Virus record (IMG/VR): IMGVR_UViG_3300042901_002340
Source of the DNA: a virus
Lineage: Duplodnaviria; Heunggongvirae; Uroviricota; Caudoviricetes
Length of the DNA: 64,000 bases
Direction: 5' to 3' (one strand)
Below, in pieces: positions 1 to 10,001 of this stretch (positions within the stretch are counted from its first letter, which is position 1; the number at the start of each line of letters is the position of its first letter). The notes beneath the pieces were generated by a model. The model was not told where the DNA came from and ran no database searches. It worked only from the letters and a program-made list of their open reading frames with translations. The position numbers and the translations under genes are program-made.

Positions 1-619
1 TATTGTTATACCACCTGGTTCTCCATCTTGCCCCTGTGGACCCAATATTAGACGTGTGAGGTAACCCATATTCAAGATCACCTGAAGGTGTTAAAAACTC
101 CTGAACCACAAAAATCTGTTGGTTCTCATACAACCCAGTAGAAATTGGATCGAAATAGATATTACCTTTGAAATATCCACCGGGTCTATTCTCATAACTG
201 GTTTCAAAATAAACCTGAGTATCATAGCTTATAATACTCTGTCCGAGAAAATAACTCTTAGGTAGAACAACAGTAAAAGTCTGATTCACATTAATTGTAA
301 TTGATCCTAACTTACATTTGAAATTGGTATTTGCAACAGGAATATGACCAGTTAAATATATGGTTGCACCCTTATCCATAAAATCACCAGCTTCGACACA
401 CCATCTAGATAAATTTGTATTGTTTACATCATCTATATTTAAAGTAAGAGTATAATCATCAGGATTTTCTACCCATTGGAAGTAACCAGCAGTAGTTGCA
501 GAATCACTAAGAATATGTGAAAATACAGTATCAAGAGGTGTTGGACCAGTTGGTCCTATGTAATCAAAATTTAACGGATTACCATTTTTGTTATAAAAAT
601 TAAGATTTAGATTTGCCAT
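1..619 (-). CDS. Virion structural protein, probably baseplate wedge/fibre-associated (partial; runs off the left edge)
   Basis: Not in the ORF track. ATG at 619 (MANLNLNFYNKNGNPLNFDYIGPTGPTP...) and the frame stays open to base 1. It follows the baseplate genes. Confidence 0.6.
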   Translation of the reverse strand, partial: MANLNLNFYNKNGNPLNFDYIGPTGPTPLDTVFSHILSDSATTAGYFQWVENPDDYTLTLNIDDVNNTNLSRWCVEAGDFMDKGATIYLTGHIPVANTNFKCKLGSITINVNQTFTVVLPKSYFLGQSIISYDTQVYFETSYENRPGGYFKGNIYFDPISTGLYENQQIFVVQEFLTPSGDLEYGLPHTSNIGSTGARWRTRWYNN

Positions 620-625
620 TTTAAA

Positions 626-1156
626 TTAGAAAACTCTTTTATTGTTTCTTTTAACCGTATAATTAACAAAGTTTTTTATTCCCTTTGTTGATTCAATCAA
701 TCCGTATACTACTCTTTCAAAATAGCTAAGAATTCCCTCCTTGACAGGATCCCTATATATAACATTAGACAAACTTCTTCTAAGAATCTGATCCCTATAA
801 TCGAATCCATTATATAAGTTATCGTTCTGACTATCCCTTACGTCATATAGATTCTGACCTGGATCAAAATCATAATATCTTCTATCAACATTTTCAACCG
901 CCATCTCCTTCATTATTTTTTTATATTCTTCTGATGATGAACAAGGTCCAAACATATATGTGCCGTTAGCATTTGTAGTTATTGCACGATATCCGGAGCA
1001 CCCTATATTATAAGCTCTATTAGTAGCAAGCTCTACTGTACTATAAAGGTCCTTAGAACTATAAAAAGTTGTATTTTTCGTTTTCGGTGTTATACCCTTA
1101 GTCGTATAATCAATCTTAAGAGTGTCGTCAGGAAAAAACGGTGAATATGATTGCAT
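626..1156 (-). CDS. Hypothetical protein (baseplate cluster)
   Basis: 176-aa ORF tightly packed after the gp6-like gene. No recognised motif. Confidence 0.6.
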   Translation of the reverse strand: MQSYSPFFPDDTLKIDYTTKGITPKTKNTTFYSSKDLYSTVELATNRAYNIGCSGYRAITTNANGTYMFGPCSSSEEYKKIMKEMAVENVDRRYYDFDPGQNLYDVRDSQNDNLYNGFDYRDQILRRSLSNVIYRDPVKEGILSYFERVVYGLIESTKGIKNFVNYTVKRNNKRVF

Positions 1157-1161
1157 TGCTA

Positions 1162-2886
1162 TTATTTATTTTGAGCTGCTAATTGTGTCTTAAGTTCGGA
1201 AGTTAGATCACTTCTGAAATTCTTAGGTACCAGAGAAGCAACAGTTATATTAAGAGGTCCAGGTTTACCTGCAACTATACTATCAGTAAAGAATGTTCCG
1301 TTCCTATCAGACCACCCACCTCTGAGTATAACAAGTTCATTTCTTCCTATTAATATATCACCAAAATTATCCATTCCTATAACCTCGTTATATTGGGAAT
1401 CACTAACATTAGAAAGATTCTTTATCGCTATTTGATTGGCTTCGTTTTTCTGTCCTATGAAAAATAAAGAAACTGAATCAACCCCAGCTATACCTTCAAC
1501 TACTGCTATGAGATCAGATTTTGGTATCTTATCCCTTCTTTTATTACCAAGCATATAATCAGAGAATCTTTTTCTTATAGTTTGTTTTATAGTTTCGGGA
1601 TCATAACCTTCAAAAATAGAAATTACGACATTAACAACATATCTTGTTATTATTGGCTCAACTATTTTAACAACAGTTGTTGCTATCATAGATCCAGAGT
1701 CCTGAATCATGTTTATTATTTTTGTTTTTTGTTGCTGTGTCAATAGAAAATCAGCATCGGACACACTGAAGTAATCCTCATTAGTTGTTAAATTTAGAGT
1801 GACATCAGGAACTAAATAAAGGTAAACTATATTATCATCATCCAGATAATCATCATCAAAAGTTGAAAATGCCTGGATTTGAGAGAAAACACCAAATTTG
1901 GTCAAGAATATCTCATAGTTTACTGGATTTGCAAAAACAAAAGATCTACTTGTTTTAGGAGCAACCAATCTTATAAGAGATATACTTTCGGGATTGGTTC
2001 CGAAAGTTGGGTCTATGTTATTCTTAATATCTATATAAAGATTAAGATCAACTTCACCACCAAAAAGATCAGTACCAGTAGTCACAAATTTATATGTAAG
2101 TGGTGTTTCTTTTGTAGAATTTGCATTACCACTTATTCCGCTTGTTTGTAGATATTCAACTCTTATAACAGATCCAGGCGGAGGGACCATACCAAAATTA
2201 GAATTACCAAAATAAATATCAATGCCCTCCTGTATTCCACTTCTAACTAAATATCCCTTACCATTAAGAGGTACGTCATAGAGTGAATCATATCTTTTCC
2301 AAGTTTCCTCGTTAACATAAACATCTATATAAAATTGATCTATATAAGATCCTGCTGTTGAAGGAAGATTATAACTTTGCAAGGCAACACCACTTCCTGT
2401 TAATGTTGCGCTCTCGAAATTACCCTGTACTATTTTTGCAGCTATAGAATTACCTCTTACTAAGGGTATAGTAACTTCGCTACTGCCAAATCTAAGAGAA
2501 TATATTTTACCATTTTGTAGGCATCTTATTTGAGAATTACCTTTTATTATGACAGCACCTCCAGAAACGTCTCCCTCCCTAGTGTTCCAAGATATAGAAA
2601 CCTCGCCCTGAGCAGCGGCTGCCCTACCTGGATCATATCCAGCTATTCTAGCTAAACTTCTCACCGAATAGTCCCTAGTTGCTTCCTGCATATTCAATTC
2701 AGTTATGGAATCCTCAATAAAATATAATATAAGCTGGGAAAGATTCTGAAGAACAAAAAGTATTTGTCCCCATGCAGAAGCAACAGTAAATACGTTTGTT
2801 GTTTGATTATATGTACTTTGGAGAAAAGAAAAAGTATCTCCTAAAAGTCCATCAATAAGTATGTTATTTTTCTTAAATATATTCAT
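1162..2886 (-). CDS. Baseplate wedge subunit, T4 gp6/baseplate J-like
   Basis: SVRSLARIAGYDP, IYFGNSNFGMVPPPGSVIRVEYLQTSG and PESISLIRLVAP motifs are typical of gp6/J-like wedges. Adjacent to a gp25-like gene. Confidence 0.8.
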   Translation of the reverse strand: MNIFKKNNILIDGLLGDTFSFLQSTYNQTTNVFTVASAWGQILFVLQNLSQLILYFIEDSITELNMQEATRDYSVRSLARIAGYDPGRAAAAQGEVSISWNTREGDVSGGAVIIKGNSQIRCLQNGKIYSLRFGSSEVTIPLVRGNSIAAKIVQGNFESATLTGSGVALQSYNLPSTAGSYIDQFYIDVYVNEETWKRYDSLYDVPLNGKGYLVRSGIQEGIDIYFGNSNFGMVPPPGSVIRVEYLQTSGISGNANSTKETPLTYKFVTTGTDLFGGEVDLNLYIDIKNNIDPTFGTNPESISLIRLVAPKTSRSFVFANPVNYEIFLTKFGVFSQIQAFSTFDDDYLDDDNIVYLYLVPDVTLNLTTNEDYFSVSDADFLLTQQQKTKIINMIQDSGSMIATTVVKIVEPIITRYVVNVVISIFEGYDPETIKQTIRKRFSDYMLGNKRRDKIPKSDLIAVVEGIAGVDSVSLFFIGQKNEANQIAIKNLSNVSDSQYNEVIGMDNFGDILIGRNELVILRGGWSDRNGTFFTDSIVAGKPGPLNITVASLVPKNFRSDLTSELKTQLAAQNK

Positions 2887-2891
2887 TTCTG

Positions 2892-3263
2892 TTATGTTAA
2901 TTTTAGTGTTACTAAAGGACTTAAACCTCCATCGGATTGTATATTAAAATCAAGAGTTGCTATATCCCTTTGAGTACCCTGGTAGAATTTCAATTCATAA
3001 GTTCCACCCAATGACGCAAAAAGAGGAACATAGACCTTAAGATTAAGATCAAGTTCCTTTTTTATACTGTATTCAGAAAGTTCCAGATTGAAAATAAGAT
3101 CCTCTAAATTTAAACCGAATTTAGGATCACCCAAAACTTCGCCCTTGTTTGTAAGGAGTAGCATTTTAAGTTGGCCTGTACAGACTTCTATTGGATCTGT
3201 TACCTCTAACTGATAAGGATTGTACTTTGGATCGTCAGGATCTCTATTATATATTTCTCTCAT
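2892..3263 (-). CDS. Baseplate wedge protein, gp25-like
   Basis: LLLTNKGEVLGDPKFGLNLEDLIF matches the gp25/GPW motif T..GER...P.FG..L. Length 123 aa. Confidence 0.8.
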   Translation of the reverse strand: MREIYNRDPDDPKYNPYQLEVTDPIEVCTGQLKMLLLTNKGEVLGDPKFGLNLEDLIFNLELSEYSIKKELDLNLKVYVPLFASLGGTYELKFYQGTQRDIATLDFNIQSDGGLSPLVTLKLT

Positions 3264-3279
3264 AGGGAATTAATTCATC

Positions 3280-3288
3280 CTATATATC
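3280..3288 (-). promoter_or_regulatory. Late promoter motif GATATATA[G/A/C] (representative copy)
   Basis: The same motif occurs about 15-45 nt upstream of starts at 3333(+), 8147, 20618, 22479, 29453, 33268, 36913, 47482, 51202 and 53386, with variants at 20650(+), 58324 and 59720. Confidence 0.75.
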
Positions 3289-3358
3289 AATAAAATTTGA
3301 CGATGATAAATTAAAATAATAAATTCAAATATGATATATAGAGAAAACACACCAAGAT

Positions 3359-4690
3359 ATGAAAAATTTAGAAGAATTAATAGACAAGGAGAAAAATAAG
3401 GAAACCAAAGTTTTAGGTCCATTCCTTAATAAAATGAAACGGGATTCCGGATTGATCTCAGAATTGGAGGAATCAACACGATACCTGGACACAGAATATG
3501 ATAATGTGTCTATAGGACAAAGATTCTATCATGTATGGTTTAATGAGCACAACATAATAAAATGTAAATACTGTGCAAGAAATGCCAAATTTTCAGTGTA
3601 TGATAGATTCTCGGATAAGATTGATAAAAAGGATTCAAACTATTACACACATTGCGGTTCAGTTAGCTGTCTAATAGATGACTTTAAAGAAAGAGGCAAT
3701 AGTAAACAGGGATATGGTTCGCTAATAGGAAAAATATCAGGAGACACAGATACTAGAAATGAACTGCTTTCGCTGACTAGCTTCCTGGATGAAGAATATA
3801 CAAACATAAGTGATTCACAAAGATTCTATCATGTATTTTTTAATAAAATGGAGTTGGAATTGTGTGAATTTTGTGGGAAACCAAGGAAATATGGCTTTAT
3901 GAATAAATTCTCAGAAATACGAGATAAAAGAGATTCGAACTATTGCAGGACATGCATCGAAAAAAAATGTTTAATAATGGCAAATATTAAATATTCCAAA
4001 ATTGGATTAATGAATAATCACGGGGTTCAAAATCAATGGGATATACCAGGATATAGGGAAAGTATAGAAACGACGAATATGGAGAGGTACGGGAATAAAT
4101 ATTATACCACCACAAATCAATTCAAAGAAAAATGTACAGAAAAATACAATCTAGATTGGAACGGGAAACATCCAACAAGCCACCAATCAACAAAGGATAA
4201 AAAATATAAAACCAATCTTGGGAAATATGGGTTTAAGTGCGCATTAATGGATAAGGAGCTTATGAAAAAATCAATGCTTGAAAAGTACGGTGTTGAACAC
4301 AATATGAGGATCCCAGAAATACACGAAAAAGCAATGGTAACAATGAGAAGATATTACGATTATACATTACCGAGTGGAAAAATCATAAAACTTCAGGGTT
4401 ACGAAAAGTTTGCAATGGATATATTATTGACCCGATTCGAGGAGAATGATATACTTACAGATATGCATGATATATCAAATATAACCGGCCAAATAATATA
4501 CAATGGTGGAAATAGATATTACCCAGATATCTATATAAAATCAATAAATAAAATATTGGAAGTTAAAAGCCCATATACTTATAAAATGCACGAAAATAAA
4601 AATATAATGAAAATGCAAAGATGTCTCGAAATGGGTATGGATTTTGAATTCATGATATTTGATAGCAAAGGTAATCTAGTAAATATATAA
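3359..4690 (+). CDS. Free-standing putative homing endonuclease (Zn-ribbon repeats, TNxxKYG repeats, C-terminal PD-(D/E)xK domain)
   Basis: Opposite strand to its neighbours. C-terminal YYPDIYIKSINKILEVKS motif, repeated TNMERYG/TNLGKYG/MLEKYG units, and two CxxC...CxxxxC modules. Confidence 0.7.
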   Translation: MKNLEELIDKEKNKETKVLGPFLNKMKRDSGLISELEESTRYLDTEYDNVSIGQRFYHVWFNEHNIIKCKYCARNAKFSVYDRFSDKIDKKDSNYYTHCGSVSCLIDDFKERGNSKQGYGSLIGKISGDTDTRNELLSLTSFLDEEYTNISDSQRFYHVFFNKMELELCEFCGKPRKYGFMNKFSEIRDKRDSNYCRTCIEKKCLIMANIKYSKIGLMNNHGVQNQWDIPGYRESIETTNMERYGNKYYTTTNQFKEKCTEKYNLDWNGKHPTSHQSTKDKKYKTNLGKYGFKCALMDKELMKKSMLEKYGVEHNMRIPEIHEKAMVTMRRYYDYTLPSGKIIKLQGYEKFAMDILLTRFEENDILTDMHDISNITGQIIYNGGNRYYPDIYIKSINKILEVKSPYTYKMHENKNIMKMQRCLEMGMDFEFMIFDSKGNLVNI

Positions 4691-4744
4691 AAATAATTAC
4701 ATTATTAACAATATTTCTACAGTATTATTAGAAATACCGTTAAA

Positions 4745-5533
4745 TTAATTCCATTGCAAGAAATAACTTGCGGTTGATTCCCCATTTATCATGTCCATTA
4801 CCTCCTGAAGCTCGGTAGTTCCCTGATTTCCTATCTCGCCAGCGTTTATAGTAACACCACCAGGAAGATTATATGTGAACACACTAAGCATTTGGGAAAG
4901 AGCTATCTTCGATTTGGCTATGCAATATCTCACAAAAAGTTCATCATCAAAAAGATATTCGTCAGGAATAGCAACGTGACATCTAACAGAAACATCAATA
5001 CCACCAACGCCGAATCCTTGGGCAAGTTGACTTCCCTGTCCACTCTTTCCTGATCTATTAGGATCTCTACCCAATATGGTTAAGGCTTTTGTGTTTTTGT
5101 TGTATTTATAAGCAAACGTGTTTAGCAGGTATGCTTTTGCAAGATCGAAATATGAGTACATAACTGTTCTATAAACCATATTATCTCCCATAAAGGGCGA
5201 AAGTAACAATTCAGAACCAAGTAATTTCGAATCACCAAAGTCTCTATCTGGGGTTCCGGACAAACCAGACCCACCAAGTTCTCTAACCTCATATACACCA
5301 ATTATGGAAGGGGGAAGAACTATTTGTCTGGTTCTTTTAAACTCCGGATGTGCAAATATGCTATTGGCTATAACAAAAACTCTATCCTCAACCGCATATT
5401 GATAATTGTCATAAAACCAAGCTTTAGCTCTTTTTATTATCCTCTCAATCTCGGTTGCATTCAAGCTATATGGTAATGCACAACTAAAATTTAATGCATC
5501 CTCGATTTCCTGTACTAATTCTTCCTGTGTCAT
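4745..5533 (-). CDS. Neck protein, T4 gp13-like
   Basis: 262 aa. C-terminal YCIAKSKIALSQMLSVFTYNLPGGVTINAGEI resembles the gp13 LPGGVTLNG motif. Confidence 0.7.
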   Translation of the reverse strand: MTQEELVQEIEDALNFSCALPYSLNATEIERIIKRAKAWFYDNYQYAVEDRVFVIANSIFAHPEFKRTRQIVLPPSIIGVYEVRELGGSGLSGTPDRDFGDSKLLGSELLLSPFMGDNMVYRTVMYSYFDLAKAYLLNTFAYKYNKNTKALTILGRDPNRSGKSGQGSQLAQGFGVGGIDVSVRCHVAIPDEYLFDDELFVRYCIAKSKIALSQMLSVFTYNLPGGVTINAGEIGNQGTTELQEVMDMINGESTASYFLQWN

Positions 5534-5547
5534 TTTGGGTTTTTATT

Positions 5548-6954
5548 TTAATAGTTCATGTTTCCAAACTTGGAACCACCGTAACGATCATTAAGATTTT
5601 TAAGTCTACTATCAGTAACAAATCTAGTCATTCTAATATCTTCGGGGGCTTTGACCTTCATGGTTTCCTTACTAACATCAGAATTATCCCCAAGTATTCC
5701 TCCTCTAAAAACACCACCAACTATTTTGCAGTTTATGTTTTTATTTTCACAATCTATGAAGCAATCTTTTAATTCATTACTGAAATCAACTATCGTTGAT
5801 TTAACCTTAGATGCTATAACCTTTGTTCCACCGAAAATGACAGAATCTTCAACACATGATTTTTTTATAGAACAATTATAGATGTTACAGTTTCTAATCG
5901 TAGCATTTTTTATATCACACAATATGAGATCAACCCCATCAATCTCAAATGCACCTCTACTCCTAGCTTCCTTAACTTGTGATCTACCTGTGGTTGTATC
6001 ATAATTGAAATAACATGATGTTATATTTCCATCAACTATTAAATCAAAGATTTTATCCCTTATAGCAAAGAAATAGGTTTTAATATTTTCATCCCAACCT
6101 TTAAGATCGACAAAAATATGAAAATCAGGATAGTTTCTAAAAAATATATCGGGATCGCTGAAAGATCTAACAACCTTAGCATACCTATTCATCATGGATT
6201 GCAAAGTAGCAAGATCCTGTTTTGTGTACCCAGATATTCTTCCACTTAAAAGATCATATAAATAAAGAATAATATAATCTATTATTTCTCTTATATCCTT
6301 TATTTTCTTTTGATAATCCCTATTACCGAGATATCTGAATTCTATGTAGCCCTTTGGTATTTTTGTAAAATTCACACCATAATATTTGTCCTCAGGTACT
6401 CTGTACATTTTAGGATCTATAGTGGAAATGTTTTCAAGAACGGAAAATCTATTTCTAGGAAGTACTTTTTTTACAGATTTTGCATAGACGTTTTTTTCTC
6501 TTGAACCAAACTTAGAATATATTAGGTCTTCATCAAGACCTAATATAAACTTAAGCTTATCTATGGTTTCAATTTTATTCTTTACGTCTTTCCTGTTCTT
6601 ATCGAAGCTTACTGAGAATTGGAATGCACATCTATCATTAGTCCATCCATTTTCATCTATCCATTTTAATATCTTTATTAAAATTGGAATTGCCTCCATG
6701 TAAGGAAGTGGTCCGGTGATAAGCTCAACCATTTTATTACCCCCAGAATAGTCTGGTTCGAGTTTAAAGTTGTTTGAATCAACCGGTGTTTTTGAGTGAT
6801 ATTTTTCGGAAACTATAACTTTCTTTTTGACAAGTTGGGATAATGCTTCAGCAGCCTTACCTTTTAAAAGGTCGGTGTAAAATTCAAATTCGAAACCAAT
6901 TACCGCTGAACTAAGTGCATTAAGCTTATCAAAATGTGTTCTATTATCCGACAT
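5548..6954 (-). CDS. Amidoligase-like (COOH-NH2 ligase type 2) protein with a C-terminal beta-helix-like region
   Basis: IGFEFEF, LEPDYS, ELITGPL, KYYGVNF and IEFRYLG motifs. The C-terminus has short repeats (IKNATIRNCNIYNCSIKKSCVEDS). Confidence 0.6.
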   Translation of the reverse strand: MSDNRTHFDKLNALSSAVIGFEFEFYTDLLKGKAAEALSQLVKKKVIVSEKYHSKTPVDSNNFKLEPDYSGGNKMVELITGPLPYMEAIPILIKILKWIDENGWTNDRCAFQFSVSFDKNRKDVKNKIETIDKLKFILGLDEDLIYSKFGSREKNVYAKSVKKVLPRNRFSVLENISTIDPKMYRVPEDKYYGVNFTKIPKGYIEFRYLGNRDYQKKIKDIREIIDYIILYLYDLLSGRISGYTKQDLATLQSMMNRYAKVVRSFSDPDIFFRNYPDFHIFVDLKGWDENIKTYFFAIRDKIFDLIVDGNITSCYFNYDTTTGRSQVKEARSRGAFEIDGVDLILCDIKNATIRNCNIYNCSIKKSCVEDSVIFGGTKVIASKVKSTIVDFSNELKDCFIDCENKNINCKIVGGVFRGGILGDNSDVSKETMKVKAPEDIRMTRFVTDSRLKNLNDRYGGSKFGNMNY

Positions 6955-8104
6955 CTACTACTTTAACATATATTTTTCCCGAGATTGTTTCAACCTCATA
7001 AGGAATAACAGTAACGTCGTCACCAACTCTTATGTTATTTCCCTTTCTACCAAGTTTATCCTGTGGTATTAATGCCAAAAGACCAATTTCCTGAAGCTCC
7101 ACTAAAGCCCCATTTTTTCTTTTGTGTTTAACCTTCGCTTCCATGGGTTCAACGGTTCCTTCATTTACCTGAGATTCAAGATCCTGAATAATTACATTTC
7201 TTTCCAACGGCTGATCCAGCGTAAGAGTTAATCTATTATTGTCTTTTATTTCCTTAACGTAGAATTCAATTTCTATACCAGGAGAAAGAGCTGCTAGACT
7301 ATTACCCTCTGCAAATTCGGTTTTGTGAATAAGTCCAGTGTAAACATCGTCCCACTCAACAAATACTCCAAAGTCACTAGTTCCAGTAACATATCCTCTA
7401 TACTTCTTAGTAAGATCAAGTTCCTGTATTTTGGAATCCATGATTCTATTAAGATACTTCTTATATGATACAATAAATATATCTTTAGCTTCAACATAGC
7501 CCTCTATCATAACGTGCATTTCCTTACCGATGTATGATTCGAAATCCGTTATCTTGTTTGCAGCTGCAAGTGATCCTGGCATGAAACATTTAATACCCGA
7601 TAATTCAGCAATATATCCACCCTTGTTTATACTAACAATTTTAACAAGATAAGCATTACTTTCCTTTTTAATTTGCTCGAATAACTCAACTCTAAGGCTG
7701 TGTATATAATATTCTATAATTGAACCGGAATAACTTCCGTTTATTTTTCTAACTCTTGCTTTAAGTTCTTCACCAGGATAGAAACCTATTCCCGTTATAT
7801 TCAGTTTTTCAGCATCTCTTCTTTCTCTCTTGAGATCAATATAGATTGTCTGACCTGAATTGGTCTGAGCTAAAGCCTCGTCAGCTTTAACGCTTATAAT
7901 TGTACAAGGATAAACCCCTCCATCGGTAAGATCTTTAGATCCACCATCAAATTTATCATTACTTGTAAAATAAAGTTTCGCTAGTTCCTCAGCGTAAGGT
8001 TCATGGCAATATATTTTAGATCCTGCCGGGGATTTGATTTTAGAATTGATAGATAAACCATTTGGTAAATCCCATTCGAAGTTTTCTAGTGAATCAAAAT
8101 TCAT
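6944..8104 (-). CDS. rpsA: Ribosomal protein S1-like protein (about 4 S1/OB domains)
   Basis: INKGGYIAELSGIKCFMPGSL (S1 domain 2-like) and GYVTGTSDFGVFVEWDDVYTGLIHKTE (S1 domain 3-like), plus flanking OB-like domains. Confidence 0.8.
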   Translation of the reverse strand: MNFDSLENFEWDLPNGLSINSKIKSPAGSKIYCHEPYAEELAKLYFTSNDKFDGGSKDLTDGGVYPCTIISVKADEALAQTNSGQTIYIDLKRERRDAEKLNITGIGFYPGEELKARVRKINGSYSGSIIEYYIHSLRVELFEQIKKESNAYLVKIVSINKGGYIAELSGIKCFMPGSLAAANKITDFESYIGKEMHVMIEGYVEAKDIFIVSYKKYLNRIMDSKIQELDLTKKYRGYVTGTSDFGVFVEWDDVYTGLIHKTEFAEGNSLAALSPGIEIEFYVKEIKDNNRLTLTLDQPLERNVIIQDLESQVNEGTVEPMEAKVKHKRKNGALVELQEIGLLALIPQDKLGRKGNNIRVGDDVTVIPYEVETISGKIYVKVVDVG

Positions 8105-8187
8105 TTTTTTTAAGTTTTAGATGATTATACATTACTATTAATTATACTATATATCACATCTTTAGTTCCTTTAAATCGCGGAATTTT

Positions 8188-9999
8188 TTAATAAACCAAA
8201 GGCACGAATCCTATCATCGGTATGGGACCATTTGGTCCAGGTATACCACCACGATATATGAATTTTAATTCAAGTAAATGCATAGAAAAAGAATAAGCAA
8301 GCGCTGAAGCTATCATTTTGGCAGCAATTTGTTTTTCCGGTGGTTTAGTAAATCTTTTTCCAGTATTGAATGCTCTCTTTATATTATTACCAAGCATCGT
8401 CTGGCTACCATAATATATCGGAGTATAAAGTCCACCCTGAGGTGCGGAGATCACACAAGGCGGAGCAGCAGGTTCATTCCTCAGTGGCTGTTGAACACAC
8501 GATTTCCAATAATCAATTACACCTTTAGCCATTACATTATAACCATCCTCTGGCTTATTAGGATCCTCATTTTTTCTTGCTGCCTCAGCTATCTCGTTTA
8601 TCCAACGTATTCTAAGATTCCTGTATCTTTCCTCCTCCTGTGCATAAGCTATAATTTTTCTTGCATTACGCTGTGCTCTTATAATTCGTAGATTATAGGA
8701 GTTATTACTACTACCGAAACCATTATTAAATCCACCGATATTTGACGATCCGATGGATCCTATATTACCACCAAAAATGCTATTAAACCCACCGGAATAC
8801 GAGGGACCAGATGAATCCCTTATGGGGTTTCTAGAAAACAATCTAATAATCTCATTACCATATTGGAAATTTTCCTCAAAATCAATCTCTGCTTGATCTA
8901 TTAAGGTATCCGAGAAATTTTGTTGTCTTAACATCTCTCTGAGATATCCACTATCAGCGTTAGTGTATGTGAAATTAATTATAAAACTTGAGGTCAGATA
9001 ATCGGGAATTTTATTAGGATTACTTCGATGCTGTTCCTGAAAAATCCGATCCGTTATGCTAACGGAAGGCAAATTATCAGTTATATCCTTAATGGCAATC
9101 TTACGATTAACAGTATCTGGCATTAATTCTTTAATGAATGTCCTATTATACTGTTTACTAAAATATGAAACCATTATTTTCTGAACACCTCTGGACGTAG
9201 AAACAGAGACTACCTTACCATTTATCAAGTCGCCTTTCCAAAATCCATCACGTTCAGATCTTGATGTCCTTTTCTTATAAGTATCACTATATTCATCGGT
9301 ATTATCAACATTAATATCACCCTTAATGGACTCAAATACATCAGGAGAAAAATTGGATGTTTCCGTTTTGTTTCTATATTTAGCATAGCCTCTGACAGTG
9401 TCCCCAGGCTGAAGTGGTCTATCAACCTCAATTCTTAAAATTTTAATAACCTCGTCCATTATTAGGTTTCCCCAGTCTGAATAAGAACCTGTTCTTAATG
9501 AATACATCCACTGTAAATATGAGGATTCACCATTAAATTCATGCAATATCTTTCTTGCAATTTCAATAGTAGATTGTTTTTTATTCTTTGGAAAATTTGG
9601 ATATTGTGAAAAAAACTGTGAATAAACAAAAGGTGGTATGGTTGCCTTATTTTCCTCCGTCCAATCTCTAAAATCTAAATCGACCTGATCAGCAGCATCA
9701 GACACATCGATCGTTGGTGGCTGAACATCAAGATCCGCATATGCAGGACTTGTTTTTTTATCTTCAAAAGTTAAATCCCCACCTTCGTAAAGTATTTTAA
9801 ATCCTTTCCTAAATCCATCAAACATGATATTATCACTTCCACGAACATGTGTCTGGCCATATGGTGATGCTGCTTTACCAACAGTCGCGGAAATATATTC
9901 CATTCTAAGGAAATCTGCCATTTCCTCATATGATCCAATGGATTGGGACGTTAGTTTGTCACTAACTTTGGTTATAAATGTTCCCCAGTCTGCTGCCAT
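8188..9999 (-). CDS. Hypothetical structural protein (downstream of the spike gene)
   Basis: 603-aa ORF starting 2 nt after the gp5-like stop, with a G/S/N-rich low-complexity insert. Confidence 0.55.
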   Translation of the reverse strand: MAADWGTFITKVSDKLTSQSIGSYEEMADFLRMEYISATVGKAASPYGQTHVRGSDNIMFDGFRKGFKILYEGGDLTFEDKKTSPAYADLDVQPPTIDVSDAADQVDLDFRDWTEENKATIPPFVYSQFFSQYPNFPKNKKQSTIEIARKILHEFNGESSYLQWMYSLRTGSYSDWGNLIMDEVIKILRIEVDRPLQPGDTVRGYAKYRNKTETSNFSPDVFESIKGDINVDNTDEYSDTYKKRTSRSERDGFWKGDLINGKVVSVSTSRGVQKIMVSYFSKQYNRTFIKELMPDTVNRKIAIKDITDNLPSVSITDRIFQEQHRSNPNKIPDYLTSSFIINFTYTNADSGYLREMLRQQNFSDTLIDQAEIDFEENFQYGNEIIRLFSRNPIRDSSGPSYSGGFNSIFGGNIGSIGSSNIGGFNNGFGSSNNSYNLRIIRAQRNARKIIAYAQEEERYRNLRIRWINEIAEAARKNEDPNKPEDGYNVMAKGVIDYWKSCVQQPLRNEPAAPPCVISAPQGGLYTPIYYGSQTMLGNNIKRAFNTGKRFTKPPEKQIAAKMIASALAYSFSMHLLELKFIYRGGIPGPNGPIPMIGFVPLVY

Positions 10000-10001
10000 T
10001 G

